Shown here: piece by piece, positions 27,271 to 35,991 of the stretch | Position numbering within the stretch: the stretch's first letter is position 1 | Layout: each line of letters starts with the position of its first letter | Source of the DNA: a virus | Taxonomy: Duplodnaviria; Caudoviricetes | Length of the DNA: 64,000 nucleotides | Reading direction: 5' to 3' (one strand) | IMG/VR virus record: IMGVR_UViG_3300011116_001007 | Translations under genes and position numbers: made by a program | Notes under the pieces: model-generated | What the model saw: the letters and a program-made list of their open reading frames with translations, nothing else | Told to the model about the DNA's origin: nothing | Database searches by the model: none

Positions 27271-28458
27271 TTAGAACCCCGCATATTTCTTCATGTCTGG
27301 CACTTGAGGCAAAGCCAATTTGCCACCAAACTTGTTGGGATTGTAGTAATCCATCACCAGCATGGGAGTCAAGCAATTGTCTGTCCAGCCGCCAGGCGCG
27401 TCGTTGGCATCTTGCCAGGCCTCCAGCCGTTGCTTGCAATCTTTGTGAAAGGCCTTGGGCGAACCGTAGAGACTTTGAAACTGTTTGTACAGATCCTGAC
27501 TGATTGCACTCTTGGCATTGCCCAGCGATACTGGATTTTTAGCAGTTCGAGCCGCATGGGCCAATCGTCCAAATGCCAGAATAAAACCACCATCTACACC
27601 TTTTTCGTTGGGGTAGTATTCATCGTGCCAGGCCAGTGCCCATGCCAAATCTGCTTTGGTCACATTGAACAATTTCATATCAGTACCGTGTCCGGCAATC
27701 TGATTGAGACCGTGAATGTAAGTGACCATACCCGGGCTGGCCAATTGCCCTCGTGCGTCACTGGCTTTGGCTGGAAACATTTGGTTATCTTCCAGGATGC
27801 ACTGAATTGCTTCACTTTGAACGTCTTCGTCAAAGTTTGAATTGTACAAGCGGACACCGTTTACACGACTGCGATGCAAGTGATATGCATCAATACCTTT
27901 GCGTCCACCACCGTTGATTTGGCGGAATCCATAACTGGCCACTGCTTCACCTTGTAGTTGGGTGCCCGGAACAACCATGTCTTCGTCAAAGGCTTTGACT
28001 TGCACCAAGAAGTCGTCTTCGATAAGACCCGCTTTGTACAAGTGGTACAGCACACAAGAAGTTTGTTGCCCCTCCCACACTGAGTATCGACCAGTTTTTA
28101 GTTTTGTACACATCACAGGCATGTAAATGCGAGGATCAAATTTGTCAATGATCTTGGCCTGGTGCTCAGCATCTTCATCGCGTTGAATTTCTATGTTGAT
28201 ATCCAACAAAGAGATGGGAACCAAGATTAAAAATCCAAAATGCTCTTGCTTGTATTTTTGACCCCCGAGCCGTTGTGCAAGATTGGTTAGGCTTTGTTGT
28301 ACATGTGAATTGACATGTGCTCGATTGCCACGTACCGAAACTGGCTCGTAGATGGTGGTGGCACCTTGTGGTGTTAGACTGACATTTTGTTGTCGAATCA
28401 TGGGTGCATAGGGATTGGCACCGCGAGTGATCGTGCGAGTTGATACAATAGTTGACAT
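27271..28458 (-). CDS. ParB/Srx-like N-terminal domain protein (DUF6551-like)
   Basis: IQRD...KIIDKFDP...YSVWEGQQT resembles the YQR...VIDGQHR motif. Confidence 0.45.
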   Translation of the reverse strand: MSTIVSTRTITRGANPYAPMIRQQNVSLTPQGATTIYEPVSVRGNRAHVNSHVQQSLTNLAQRLGGQKYKQEHFGFLILVPISLLDINIEIQRDEDAEHQAKIIDKFDPRIYMPVMCTKLKTGRYSVWEGQQTSCVLYHLYKAGLIEDDFLVQVKAFDEDMVVPGTQLQGEAVASYGFRQINGGGRKGIDAYHLHRSRVNGVRLYNSNFDEDVQSEAIQCILEDNQMFPAKASDARGQLASPGMVTYIHGLNQIAGHGTDMKLFNVTKADLAWALAWHDEYYPNEKGVDGGFILAFGRLAHAARTAKNPVSLGNAKSAISQDLYKQFQSLYGSPKAFHKDCKQRLEAWQDANDAPGGWTDNCLTPMLVMDYYNPNKFGGKLALPQVPDMKKYAGF

Positions 28459-28512
28459 GAATTTTCCTTTAAAAGTTGATAGAATGTCTCATAACTTAAA
28501 CAAGACAAACGT

Positions 28513-28541
28513 AGTATAGCACAACTAGTGCAGGAGGTCAA
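28513..28541 (-). promoter_or_regulatory. Sigma70-type promoter
   Basis: TTGACC-N17-TATACT. Confidence 0.8.
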
Positions 28542-28557
28542 CTGATTTTGGACAAAG

Positions 28558-28803
28558 TCACAATGAAAATTTCTGCAACACTCGTCCGCTTTCTTCAAAG
28601 CCAGTTTCGTGCAGTGAAATTTCCATCAGTTCGTGCAACAACACCTGTTTCAGGGCATGCACTTCGTAGCGTTCTTTTGCAGTGAGTTCTTCAAACCAAG
28701 ATTCAAATTCTTCCTGGCTTTGTAACTGCCACATGGTGTCCAACAATCGGCATTGACGCACGGTAAGGTCGGTGATGCTTATGTTATTCATGGTCAACTC
28801 CAT
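28558..28803 (-). CDS. Hypothetical protein
   Basis: About 78 aa ORF. Confidence 0.65.
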   Translation of the reverse strand: MELTMNNISITDLTVRQCRLLDTMWQLQSQEEFESWFEELTAKERYEVHALKQVLLHELMEISLHETGFEESGRVLQKFSL

Positions 28804-28991
28804 TTCAATTGATAAAACGTTGCTAGTGCAGGATCTCGAAAATGAAATATCACAGTTCGATGACGGTTAATGTCATCGGGCGGCACGTATGTCCATGTGA
28901 AATCATATCCCTGAATCAGTCCCGACTGCTCCAGTTGAGTCTTGAGCTCTAGACCCTGCTGTGGACTCATGTTGAAAGTGATTGAATGCAT
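28794..28991 (-). CDS. Dispersed LRW-family small protein
   Basis: Ends FHFRDPALATFYQLKWS. Confidence 0.65.
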   Translation of the reverse strand: MHSITFNMSPQQGLELKTQLEQSGLIQGYDFTWTYVPPDDINRHRTVIFHFRDPALATFYQLKWS

Positions 28992-29227
28992 CAGGGTCGG
29001 GTGATGTATTCTTTGCGTATCAATCGATCACAGAACACCCAGTCTCGAGAGTAGTACAGTCTCAAATCTGTAATGTTGTATTGATTACAGAAACTCTGCC
29101 CGTAACGTATGTTTTGCAATGCGTCCCAGGTGTATTGTTTTTGCCAATTTTCATAGTCCTTTAGTTGTATCGTTACAATTTCTGACTGCGGTTCTTTCAT
29201 CAAGTCTTCAACCATACGTGCAAACAT
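28991..29227 (-). CDS. Hypothetical protein
   Basis: RYGQSFCN.YNI motif. Confidence 0.6.
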   Translation of the reverse strand: MFARMVEDLMKEPQSEIVTIQLKDYENWQKQYTWDALQNIRYGQSFCNQYNITDLRLYYSRDWVFCDRLIRKEYITRP

Positions 29228-29250
29228 CGGTACCTTCCAGAGTTAAAAAA

Positions 29251-30129
29251 TCAAATCTCAATTGTTTTCAGCTGCCAGTTTTGGGCACGAGCTTCGTGGC
29301 CAACATAACCACGTGGGTTACATACCACTCGACAGGTACCAATTGTGTAGTCAAAAACGTCATGCATGTGGCCATGTGTCCACAATACAATTTCAGGATG
29401 GTCCAACATAAATTCAGACAGGTCTGAACCAAATGCACCATTCATCACAAATTGTCCTTGATACTGAGGTGCAATGCTGAGAGGGCTAGGAGCATGATGC
29501 CCTACCACAACAAATCGGCTGCCAGGATTTTTTGCAATCTCGTCACGTACAAATGCCAACATGGTGTTGTGGTCTTCAACTGAATCTTCAGGAGTGAATT
29601 TGCTGGCTCGGGTTTTAAACGTCACTGTGTCTTTGCTGGCATCATAAGGCCAGTCTCCACTGGGCACACGACTTTTGTACGATACCATTCGGTGACTATT
29701 TTCGATGGTGCGGTAATCATTCATGTAGTTACGAATGACCAGCAGGGTCTGCGGGTCATTGCGATTCATGTCAGTCCACAATGTGCCACACAAAAAAGTC
29801 ACGCCATTGATGGTCATGCTTTGCTTTTCCAACACATGCAGATTGGTCAGGTATGATAACTTTTCTTTCAAGCGAGGCACAGTCAATGCGTAGTCGCCCC
29901 GATAGTGCTCGTGATTGCCTGCAATGTATATCACCTGGTCGAATTGTTCTGCACAATGTTCGAAGAAGCTGTGATATCTTTGGCTCTGAGCATGTGGGAT
30001 GCCACGATCCATCAATTCGCAAGCCACACAGATATCGCCGCCCAGGATCAGTACATCAGCATGATCGGTGTTGTTGATTTCAAGTGGTCCAAACTCCAAG
30101 TGGACGTCAGATGCTAATGCGATTTTCAT
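29251..30129 (-). CDS. Calcineurin-like metallophosphoesterase
   Basis: SDVHLE, GGDI, GNHEHY, GHHAP, HGHMH. Confidence 0.9.
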   Translation of the reverse strand: MKIALASDVHLEFGPLEINNTDHADVLILGGDICVACELMDRGIPHAQSQRYHSFFEHCAEQFDQVIYIAGNHEHYRGDYALTVPRLKEKLSYLTNLHVLEKQSMTINGVTFLCGTLWTDMNRNDPQTLLVIRNYMNDYRTIENSHRMVSYKSRVPSGDWPYDASKDTVTFKTRASKFTPEDSVEDHNTMLAFVRDEIAKNPGSRFVVVGHHAPSPLSIAPQYQGQFVMNGAFGSDLSEFMLDHPEIVLWTHGHMHDVFDYTIGTCRVVCNPRGYVGHEARAQNWQLKTIEI

Positions 30130-30487
30130 TTATTTCTTGGTCAAATTGTTTCTTCAACACAGCCAGTGCAGCAGGATCACCGCGGGCTATAGCTGCGTTT
30201 TTATCGGGATAGCGTTGATTAAAGTTCTTTATAATTTCAACTAGATTTTGCCCGGTACACACAAAGTCTTTTGTAAAGTGATTGTAACATAGAAATTGAT
30301 TGTCAACTGATTCAACCTCTAAAATAATCAGTGTTTCGTTTTCCAACTTCTCCAAAGTTTTCAATGCTTCCGGCGGCAGGCCTTCTAGTTCTTGTAACGC
30401 ACGCCAGGTCTGCCAGGCCTGATAAAAATGTATCAGTGCGGCACCAACCAAAATGCCAAGCACAACAGGAATTAAAAATTCAGTCAT
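30107..30487 (-). CDS. Membrane-anchored hypothetical protein
   Basis: N-terminal TM; ATG 6 nt after TATAAT. Confidence 0.7.
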   Translation of the reverse strand: MTEFLIPVVLGILVGAALIHFYQAWQTWRALQELEGLPPEALKTLEKLENETLIILEVESVDNQFLCYNHFTKDFVCTGQNLVEIIKNFNQRYPDKNAAIARGDPAALAVLKKQFDQEINENRISI

Positions 30488-30494
30488 ATTGTAA

Positions 30495-30815
30495 TTATAC
30501 CTGCCGCATGGATTCCAAAGTGATCATCTTGCCCAGTTCGCGTTCAAAGTCCAGGTCGTCTGGAATCACATAGTGCCGGTATTGGGTATCATCTTTGCGA
30601 CGGTCGTAGTGTCGGAATGTGATGATCTTGCCACCAATAGCTGGCATCACAGTGATGTTCAGTCCCGAGTGGCCGTCGATGGTGTCACTGTTGACACGAA
30701 CCGTGCCGCGAGTTGATTGGATCAGTGCATTTGATTCTTTCAGATTGAGTTGTATACTGGCGTTGTCCCAATCTTCGCGCACCCACCGGGCGATCATACG
30801 TTTAAACCATTTCAT
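30495..30815 (-). CDS. Hypothetical protein
   Basis: ATGA-coupled to the upstream gene. Confidence 0.7.
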   Translation of the reverse strand: MKWFKRMIARWVREDWDNASIQLNLKESNALIQSTRGTVRVNSDTIDGHSGLNITVMPAIGGKIITFRHYDRRKDDTQYRHYVIPDDLDFERELGKMITLESMRQV

Positions 30816-31264
30816 ACTGCTTTCCTTTGTTTCAAATATTGTTCCCATTGGATCCACTGGTTCTTGACCAGGAATCCCCAATCACGCTGTTTGCGTCCGG
30901 GCATGAACAAGGTCCAACAGGTGATGTTGGGATCCAGTTCGATCCTGTGATAGGTATTGGCCTGAGCAGTGCGAAAACTGCCTGCGCCGCACCAACGTGC
31001 GACTTCTCCAATTTTGCGTCCTTCAGCATCGAATGTGGGGCGCCATTCCCAATAACCACCTTTCAATATCAGTGTGGCAAAGGGCCATGGATGATCATGC
31101 ACATCGTCTGGATCACTCTTGAGGAACTTGTGTACAAACACATTGAACGGAAAACGTTCGCGGTCTTTGAGAAACACATAGTAACGTTCCAAATAAGGTT
31201 CATTGTCCAGCCTGTCATGAATAACGCGATAACGTCCTAGTCGGGTAAAAAGTTGCTTGATCAT
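30812..31264 (-). CDS. Cupin-fold conserved phage protein
   Basis: VHDHPW...ILKGGYWE...YHRIEL...WTLF..G...WGF. Confidence 0.65.
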   Translation of the reverse strand: MIKQLFTRLGRYRVIHDRLDNEPYLERYYVFLKDRERFPFNVFVHKFLKSDPDDVHDHPWPFATLILKGGYWEWRPTFDAEGRKIGEVARWCGAGSFRTAQANTYHRIELDPNITCWTLFMPGRKQRDWGFLVKNQWIQWEQYLKQRKAV

Positions 31265-31286
31265 GCATTGAGTCCTTTACACAGCT

Positions 31287-31315
31287 ATTATAGCAGATTG
31301 TGATTTACTGGTCAA
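31287..31315 (-). promoter_or_regulatory. Sigma70-type early promoter
   Basis: TTGACC-N17-TATAAT. Confidence 0.85.
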
Positions 31316-31316
31316 C

Positions 31317-31344
31317 AAAAAACCCTGCACCAGGCAGGGTTTTT
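31317..31344. terminator. Intrinsic terminator
   Basis: AAAAAACCCTGC-ACCAG-GCAGGGTTTTT. Confidence 0.85.
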
Positions 31345-31366
31345 GCATGTTGGTTATCCGAACGGA

Positions 31367-31633
31367 TTAGACCAAACCAAGGGCCATGGCCTTGTAGCCA
31401 GCTGCCACAATCTTGCGGCTAGGTTTGCCAATCACATACTCGGTGACTTTGGTGTTGTTGCCAGCCACACGGCTGTTGGCATACACAGCATAACCAGCAG
31501 CACGGATGCGGCTGGCTTCGGCGGAAAGATTCTTCACACCAAAACGCTTTTCAGCAGCAGCAGGGGTCAACTTCTCGCCGTTGTACAAAGCACTGAATAC
31601 CTTGAATGTTTTTGTTTCTGGATTAAAACGCAT
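31367..31633 (-). CDS. Winged-helix-like DNA-binding protein
   Basis: L.NG..LT...A..RFGV.NL.A..SR.R..GYAVY. Confidence 0.6.
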   Translation of the reverse strand: MRFNPETKTFKVFSALYNGEKLTPAAAEKRFGVKNLSAEASRIRAAGYAVYANSRVAGNNTKVTEYVIGKPSRKIVAAGYKAMALGLV

Positions 31634-31784
31634 ATAATTTACCTTTCATTAGTGAATAGCTGTTGCGTACAGCATTTGACTATTGTATAACAATCTTGTG
31701 ACAGTTGCAACAGTTTCTGGCAAAAATATATTGTAGTTTGCTCAATCTGATAAATATCTGTGCATAATAATAACGGCGTACATT

Positions 31785-32216
31785 ATGTTACACACCATCA
31801 CCACCATAACCGACGAGCTCGAACTCTTGATCAAGGATGACCCAGTGCGTCCTGAGATACCCATACAAGATCGAATCAACAGCAACAGCAGAATTTATCT
31901 GCTGAAAACCGGCGACAGTACATCAGCTGTGACCTGTGTTAAGTTTCTCACCAACGTGCCTGCTGCTGTGGAAGACATGGCCGACCTGGTCGAGAGTGCC
32001 ACAACCGCTGTATTCTATACCATTTGGAGTTATGCTGCCGGCGCAGGCCGAACCTTGATACAAGAAGCACAAAAAAGTATCAAGGCTGAATTTCCTGACA
32101 TACAGACCTATGTGACCTTGAGTCCCAAGACCGAGATGGCTCGACGTTTCCATCTCAAGAATGGTGCGTTGGAACTGAGAGAAAATATCACCACCATCAA
32201 TTACATTTACAAATAA
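31785..32216 (+). CDS. GNAT-like/malonyl-CoA-decarboxylase-like fold protein
   Basis: AVFYTIWSY..GAGR.LI...VTLSP; TAAATA upstream. Confidence 0.45.
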   Translation: MLHTITTITDELELLIKDDPVRPEIPIQDRINSNSRIYLLKTGDSTSAVTCVKFLTNVPAAVEDMADLVESATTAVFYTIWSYAAGAGRTLIQEAQKSIKAEFPDIQTYVTLSPKTEMARRFHLKNGALELRENITTINYIYK

Positions 32217-32243
32217 AAAAAGCCACCCTAAGGGTGGCTTTTT
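32215..32243. terminator. Bidirectional terminator between convergent genes
   Basis: AAAAAAGCCACCC-TAA-GGGTGGCTTTTT. Confidence 0.9.
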
Positions 32244-32261
32244 AGTTTGTGCTACTGGAGT

Positions 32262-32492
32262 TTACTTCTTGTTGAAGGACCAATAGATCACGCCTATTGC
32301 AACCAAACCAACCAGTCCTTGGCTGCCCAGGGCAGCTACAAATTTGATCAGGCTTGCAGTCACATCGATTGCCAGGAACGGAACTGCGGCACCAAATAGG
32401 ATTTGCAGAATCACGCCAGCAGCGATCAGTTTGATACCAATATCGATGATACCGTTTAAAAGGCCATTAGCCTTTGCCATTACATTGTCCAT
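32262..32492 (-). CDS. Small 2-TM membrane protein
   Basis: Two hydrophobic helices and basic C-terminus; AGGAG SD; TAAATA upstream. Confidence 0.7.
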   Translation of the reverse strand: MDNVMAKANGLLNGIIDIGIKLIAAGVILQILFGAAVPFLAIDVTASLIKFVAALGSQGLVGLVAIGVIYWSFNKK

Positions 32493-32612
32493 AAAATAAA
32501 CTCCTTTAAAAAGCACATTTTTAGTGTGCTGGATTTTATTTAAGAATTATTACAGCAATCTTGTGTAATACCCAGGATTTTTGGTTGGTTTTGTCATTAA
32601 CGGCTAGGTTAA

Positions 32613-32930
32613 CTATTCAGGCTCATGCCATTGACCTTCAAAACAATGTCGCATCTCATGACCAAGATTGGCCAATGTGGTTTGTTTTTTGGTGTACACA
32701 AAACATTTGGTTTTGTTGAACTTGGCACAGCCGCGCAGTTCACCTTGGCCGGGATTCTTGGGTTTGCCGTAGCAGGCCTGGTCTAGGTCCTCCACTATGA
32801 TCCATTCAATGATCTTGGGAGTATGGCCGGGACTGACATTAAAGATCAAATCGTCTTGGCCCACTCGCAATGTGTCTGCTGGACTGATTGCTGCACTCAA
32901 TAGCAATAACAAAGCCACTAACACTTTCAT
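32613..32930 (-). CDS. Exported protein with HExxH motif
   Basis: Signal peptide MKVLVALLLLLSAA; LGHEMRHCF. Confidence 0.65.
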   Translation of the reverse strand: MKVLVALLLLLSAAISPADTLRVGQDDLIFNVSPGHTPKIIEWIIVEDLDQACYGKPKNPGQGELRGCAKFNKTKCFVYTKKQTTLANLGHEMRHCFEGQWHEPE

Positions 32931-32932
32931 GA

Positions 32933-33100
32933 TTACTTCTCCTGTGTGGATTTTTTGCTCAAGGTAAATGACCCATCCTCGTTGGCTGTCCAGGTCAGCG
33001 TGTCGCCTATTTCCCAACCCATCTCGTCGCACATGCCTTCGGGGAATGGCATTATTAACTCTCCTGTTTCGGGATCTTCTATCAAAGTCACTGTGGTCAT
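32933..33100 (-). CDS. AbrB/MazE-like small DNA-binding protein
   Basis: Manual translation VTLIEDPETGELIMPFP...EMGWEIGDTL.W. Confidence 0.55.
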   Translation of the reverse strand: MTTVTLIEDPETGELIMPFPEGMCDEMGWEIGDTLTWTANEDGSFTLSKKSTQEK

Positions 33101-33324
33101 ATGATGTGTCCTGTTACGTTGTAGATCAATTGATCTAACTCCGATTGATAATCGTGATTGCCCATTCTGCGTTTCATCCAGATTTGTTCTACCAACTCTT
33201 TGCTACCGTATGGGCCTGAACTTGTGGGCAATTCGCCACGAGTTTCTAACTCTTCAATTAGATCGCCTGTTTCAAAGTCACTCAAATCAACATCTATTTC
33301 AACTTCTTTGTATACGTATGGCAT
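33097..33324 (-). CDS. Hypothetical protein
   Basis: EVEIDVDLSDF...DLIEELE.RG; AGGAG SD. Confidence 0.7.
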   Translation of the reverse strand: MPYVYKEVEIDVDLSDFETGDLIEELETRGELPTSSGPYGSKELVEQIWMKRRMGNHDYQSELDQLIYNVTGHII

Positions 33325-33456
33325 GTTATTGCTCCTGTGAAATTTCTACAATGTGATATTTACTGTGCGGATACTGTTGTTGCAACCATTCAACCAGGCC
33401 GGGTTCCCAAGGAAACAACACAGATTGATAACGATTGGTAATGTATTTAGACATGT

Positions 33457-33960
33457 TTATCCCAATTCAAAAGTAATTACGATTCTATCTACTGTTCGAT
33501 CCACGGGGTCAAATCCATGCACCAGGTCAGCATCAAACACCATCAACATGTTTTGTTCTACGGGCACTGCTTGATCTTCAAAAATCAGTGTCTCGCCCGA
33601 ACCCACTTGTGCATAGTATGTGGCCACTGATTTAACCATGCTGGTATTTGGCAAACTTGAATGCCGGTGTGCATGGGCACCAATCCATTGCTGTGATTTA
33701 TGAAGGTTGGCCCAGGACCGCATCACGCTCAATCCGGTCAATTGTTCAATTGCTGCGGCCAAGGGCTGTATTTCTGCTGTCAGCCTGTATGCATTTTGAG
33801 CATGCACAGGGTCTGTGCTGGACCACGATTCGTACCCGCTGGGAATCGCAGGAACCTGGCTGCGGTTGCCTACAGGATTTTTGTACAAGAACACACAATC
33901 TCTAATGGCTGCATTGACCACCGTCTGTCTATCTTGATAAAAATCATTTACTATTTGCAT
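33457..33960 (-). CDS. 2OG-Fe(II) oxygenase-like protein
   Basis: SWAN...AHAH...TYY...MVFDADLVH...RIVITF. Confidence 0.7.
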   Translation of the reverse strand: MQIVNDFYQDRQTVVNAAIRDCVFLYKNPVGNRSQVPAIPSGYESWSSTDPVHAQNAYRLTAEIQPLAAAIEQLTGLSVMRSWANLHKSQQWIGAHAHRHSSLPNTSMVKSVATYYAQVGSGETLIFEDQAVPVEQNMLMVFDADLVHGFDPVDRTVDRIVITFELG

Positions 33961-33988
33961 TTTGTTTCCTTGTCTTCAGCGAACACAA

Positions 33989-34336
33989 TCACTTCACACT
34001 TTTTACATGTTTACAATCGCCGCGGAATCTAAATCCACTGCAAGTGCAATTCATTGTGCCGTTGACTTCAGTGACCCGATACACGTCACCCTTGCTGCCT
34101 TGCACTTCCCACACACGCCCCTGCGGTTCTTCCGGCTTGACAGCTACCTCAAACTGCACAGGATTCACTGTGAATTTGCGGCCGCGCATGTCCAGGCGAA
34201 TGGGTGCCTTGAAAGTGGTAGGTATGCCAGTGCCAAACGGAACATAGGCAAACATCTTGCTCTTGGCATCATCCAGGAGATACACATGGTTAGGTGCCTG
34301 ACCTTTCCAGTCTGTGATTTCAGCAAACCATTTCAT
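33989..34336 (-). CDS. SWIM zinc-finger protein
   Basis: V.GSKG..Y.V...CTC.GF.FR..CKH. Confidence 0.75.
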   Translation of the reverse strand: MKWFAEITDWKGQAPNHVYLLDDAKSKMFAYVPFGTGIPTTFKAPIRLDMRGRKFTVNPVQFEVAVKPEEPQGRVWEVQGSKGDVYRVTEVNGTMNCTCSGFRFRGDCKHVKSVK

Positions 34337-34463
34337 CTTGACATGATCCTTTGTAGCACTTGACGAGCCTGAGAAAGATCCTGGATCTCAGGCTCACTAG
34401 GAAGCCAATTTGAGTACGGTTGTTTCCAACGTATGGTGTACAGGGTCATCAAACTCTCCTGAC

Positions 34464-34799
34464 TTAACAAGGTTTTGCAATACGATAAGTGATGCCTTGC
34501 TTGGTTGACACCTTGGTAATATCACCCAATTTTTCGTAGTCCTTCTCAAGCAGAGCTAGGTTCTTGCGATCTCTCACAGTGGGCTGGTCCACTTTGATTG
34601 CGATGAATTTGTTTCGCGGATTGATGTAGATGGCACTGGCGGAGTAGCAAAGTTCCAGGCCCAGCTTCATGCGCTCGGCACGAGTGCGCTGGGTGCTGGT
34701 GTAGTGGCTCCACATGGCTGCGGCTCTCATTCTGGCGTCACGGGCTGCGGCAAAAGCATAAAAACCAGCGTTGTCAGTGTCTAAGTTAACGGCTTTCAT
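34464..34799 (-). CDS. Hypothetical protein
   Basis: AAGGAG SD; own promoter. Confidence 0.7.
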   Translation of the reverse strand: MKAVNLDTDNAGFYAFAAARDARMRAAAMWSHYTSTQRTRAERMKLGLELCYSASAIYINPRNKFIAIKVDQPTVRDRKNLALLEKDYEKLGDITKVSTKQGITYRIAKPC

Positions 34800-34825
34800 T
34801 CGGGCTCCTTTGTTGCTAAGTGTAT

Positions 34826-34854
34826 ATTATAGCACAATTGAGTTTAGTGGTCAA
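34826..34854 (-). promoter_or_regulatory. Sigma70-type early promoter
   Basis: TTGACC-N17-TATAAT. Confidence 0.85.
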
Positions 34855-35272
34855 CCAGAATTTGTTGCACGTATTCCAGGGCATTTAGTACCTGATCTGT
34901 AGGAACTGCATGACTATTATATCCTGAGATAATATGATTTAGATAATATTCGCTGGGTGGATAATAATCCTGGTCAGGATTCATATAATATACTTCAGCC
35001 AATAATATACGGCGGCCCAGAGATACTCGTTGTTGGCTGCGATTATAATAATGTGGATAACCTTCCAGATAATCCAGGGCCGTCAAATGCTCTGCGGTAA
35101 TTTGCCATAATACTCCATCCACAAAACTGCCCGGGGTAGATACCACATCTGCATGATGTGCAAATCTAAATGAGTGTTCTAGCAAACGAGCATGGCCCAG
35201 GCTCAGGGCGCCAGGACACCGATAGGCCATGCTGTCGGGATTGGTATTCATACCATAGGAAAAATATAACAT
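34844..35272 (-). CDS. Gamma-glutamylcyclotransferase (AIG2-like)
   Basis: LYFSYGMN...RCP...V.GVLW...LD..EGYP..Y. Confidence 0.85.
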   Translation of the reverse strand: MLYFSYGMNTNPDSMAYRCPGALSLGHARLLEHSFRFAHHADVVSTPGSFVDGVLWQITAEHLTALDYLEGYPHYYNRSQQRVSLGRRILLAEVYYMNPDQDYYPPSEYYLNHIISGYNSHAVPTDQVLNALEYVQQILVDH

Positions 35273-35278
35273 GCTGTA

Positions 35279-35307
35279 ATTATAGCATGAAATAGATTAC
35301 TGGTCAA
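35279..35307 (-). promoter_or_regulatory. Sigma70-type promoter (leaderless start)
   Basis: TTGACC-N17-TATAAT-N6-ATG. Confidence 0.85.
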
Positions 35308-35897
35308 CCACGCTTGTCTATGATTTTGTCAGCCAGTCCGTATGCAACCGATTCGCTAGCACTCATGAAAAAGTCACGTTCCATGTCCCGTAGCAATTCT
35401 TCATAGGTTTTGCCTGCGGTGTTGTGCCGGACATAAATTTCGGTAAGATACTGTTTCATCTTTTGTATCTCTTGTGCTTGAATTTGAATGTCGGTGGCCT
35501 GGCCTCTTGCACCACCTGATGGTTGGTGAATCATATGTCGAGCATGTGGCAAGATGTGTCGCTTGCCTGCTGCACCGGCTGTGGCCAACAACGACCCCAT
35601 GCTGGCTGCTTGACCCATCACAATGGTATGAATATCGCATTTGATAAACTGCATGGTATCATAGATGGCCATGCCTGCTGTGACACTTCCGCCTGGGCTG
35701 TTGATGTACAAGCTGATGTCTTTGTCAGAATTTTCACTTTCTAAAAACAACAATTGCGCCACAATCAAGCTGGCACTGTGTTCTGACACTTCTCCGTCTA
35801 GCATGATAATGCGGTCACGTAGCAGTCGGCTGTAGATATCATAGCTGCGCTCGCCCTTGCTGGTTTGTTCTAAAACGATTGGTACTAAAGTTGACAT
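35304..35897 (-). CDS. clpP: ATP-dependent Clp protease proteolytic subunit
   Basis: [33 protein letters not shown] (Ser), MIHQP (His), ERD (Asp). Confidence 0.95.
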   Translation of the reverse strand: MSTLVPIVLEQTSKGERSYDIYSRLLRDRIIMLDGEVSEHSASLIVAQLLFLESENSDKDISLYINSPGGSVTAGMAIYDTMQFIKCDIHTIVMGQAASMGSLLATAGAAGKRHILPHARHMIHQPSGGARGQATDIQIQAQEIQKMKQYLTEIYVRHNTAGKTYEELLRDMERDFFMSASESVAYGLADKIIDKRG

Positions 35898-35991
35898 GGT
35901 GTTCCTTGTTGGTCGATTGTGCTATTTTACAGTGTATTTTATCTAATAGCAAGACATTTTGGAAAGCAACTTGTTCTTCGCTAAATACCAC

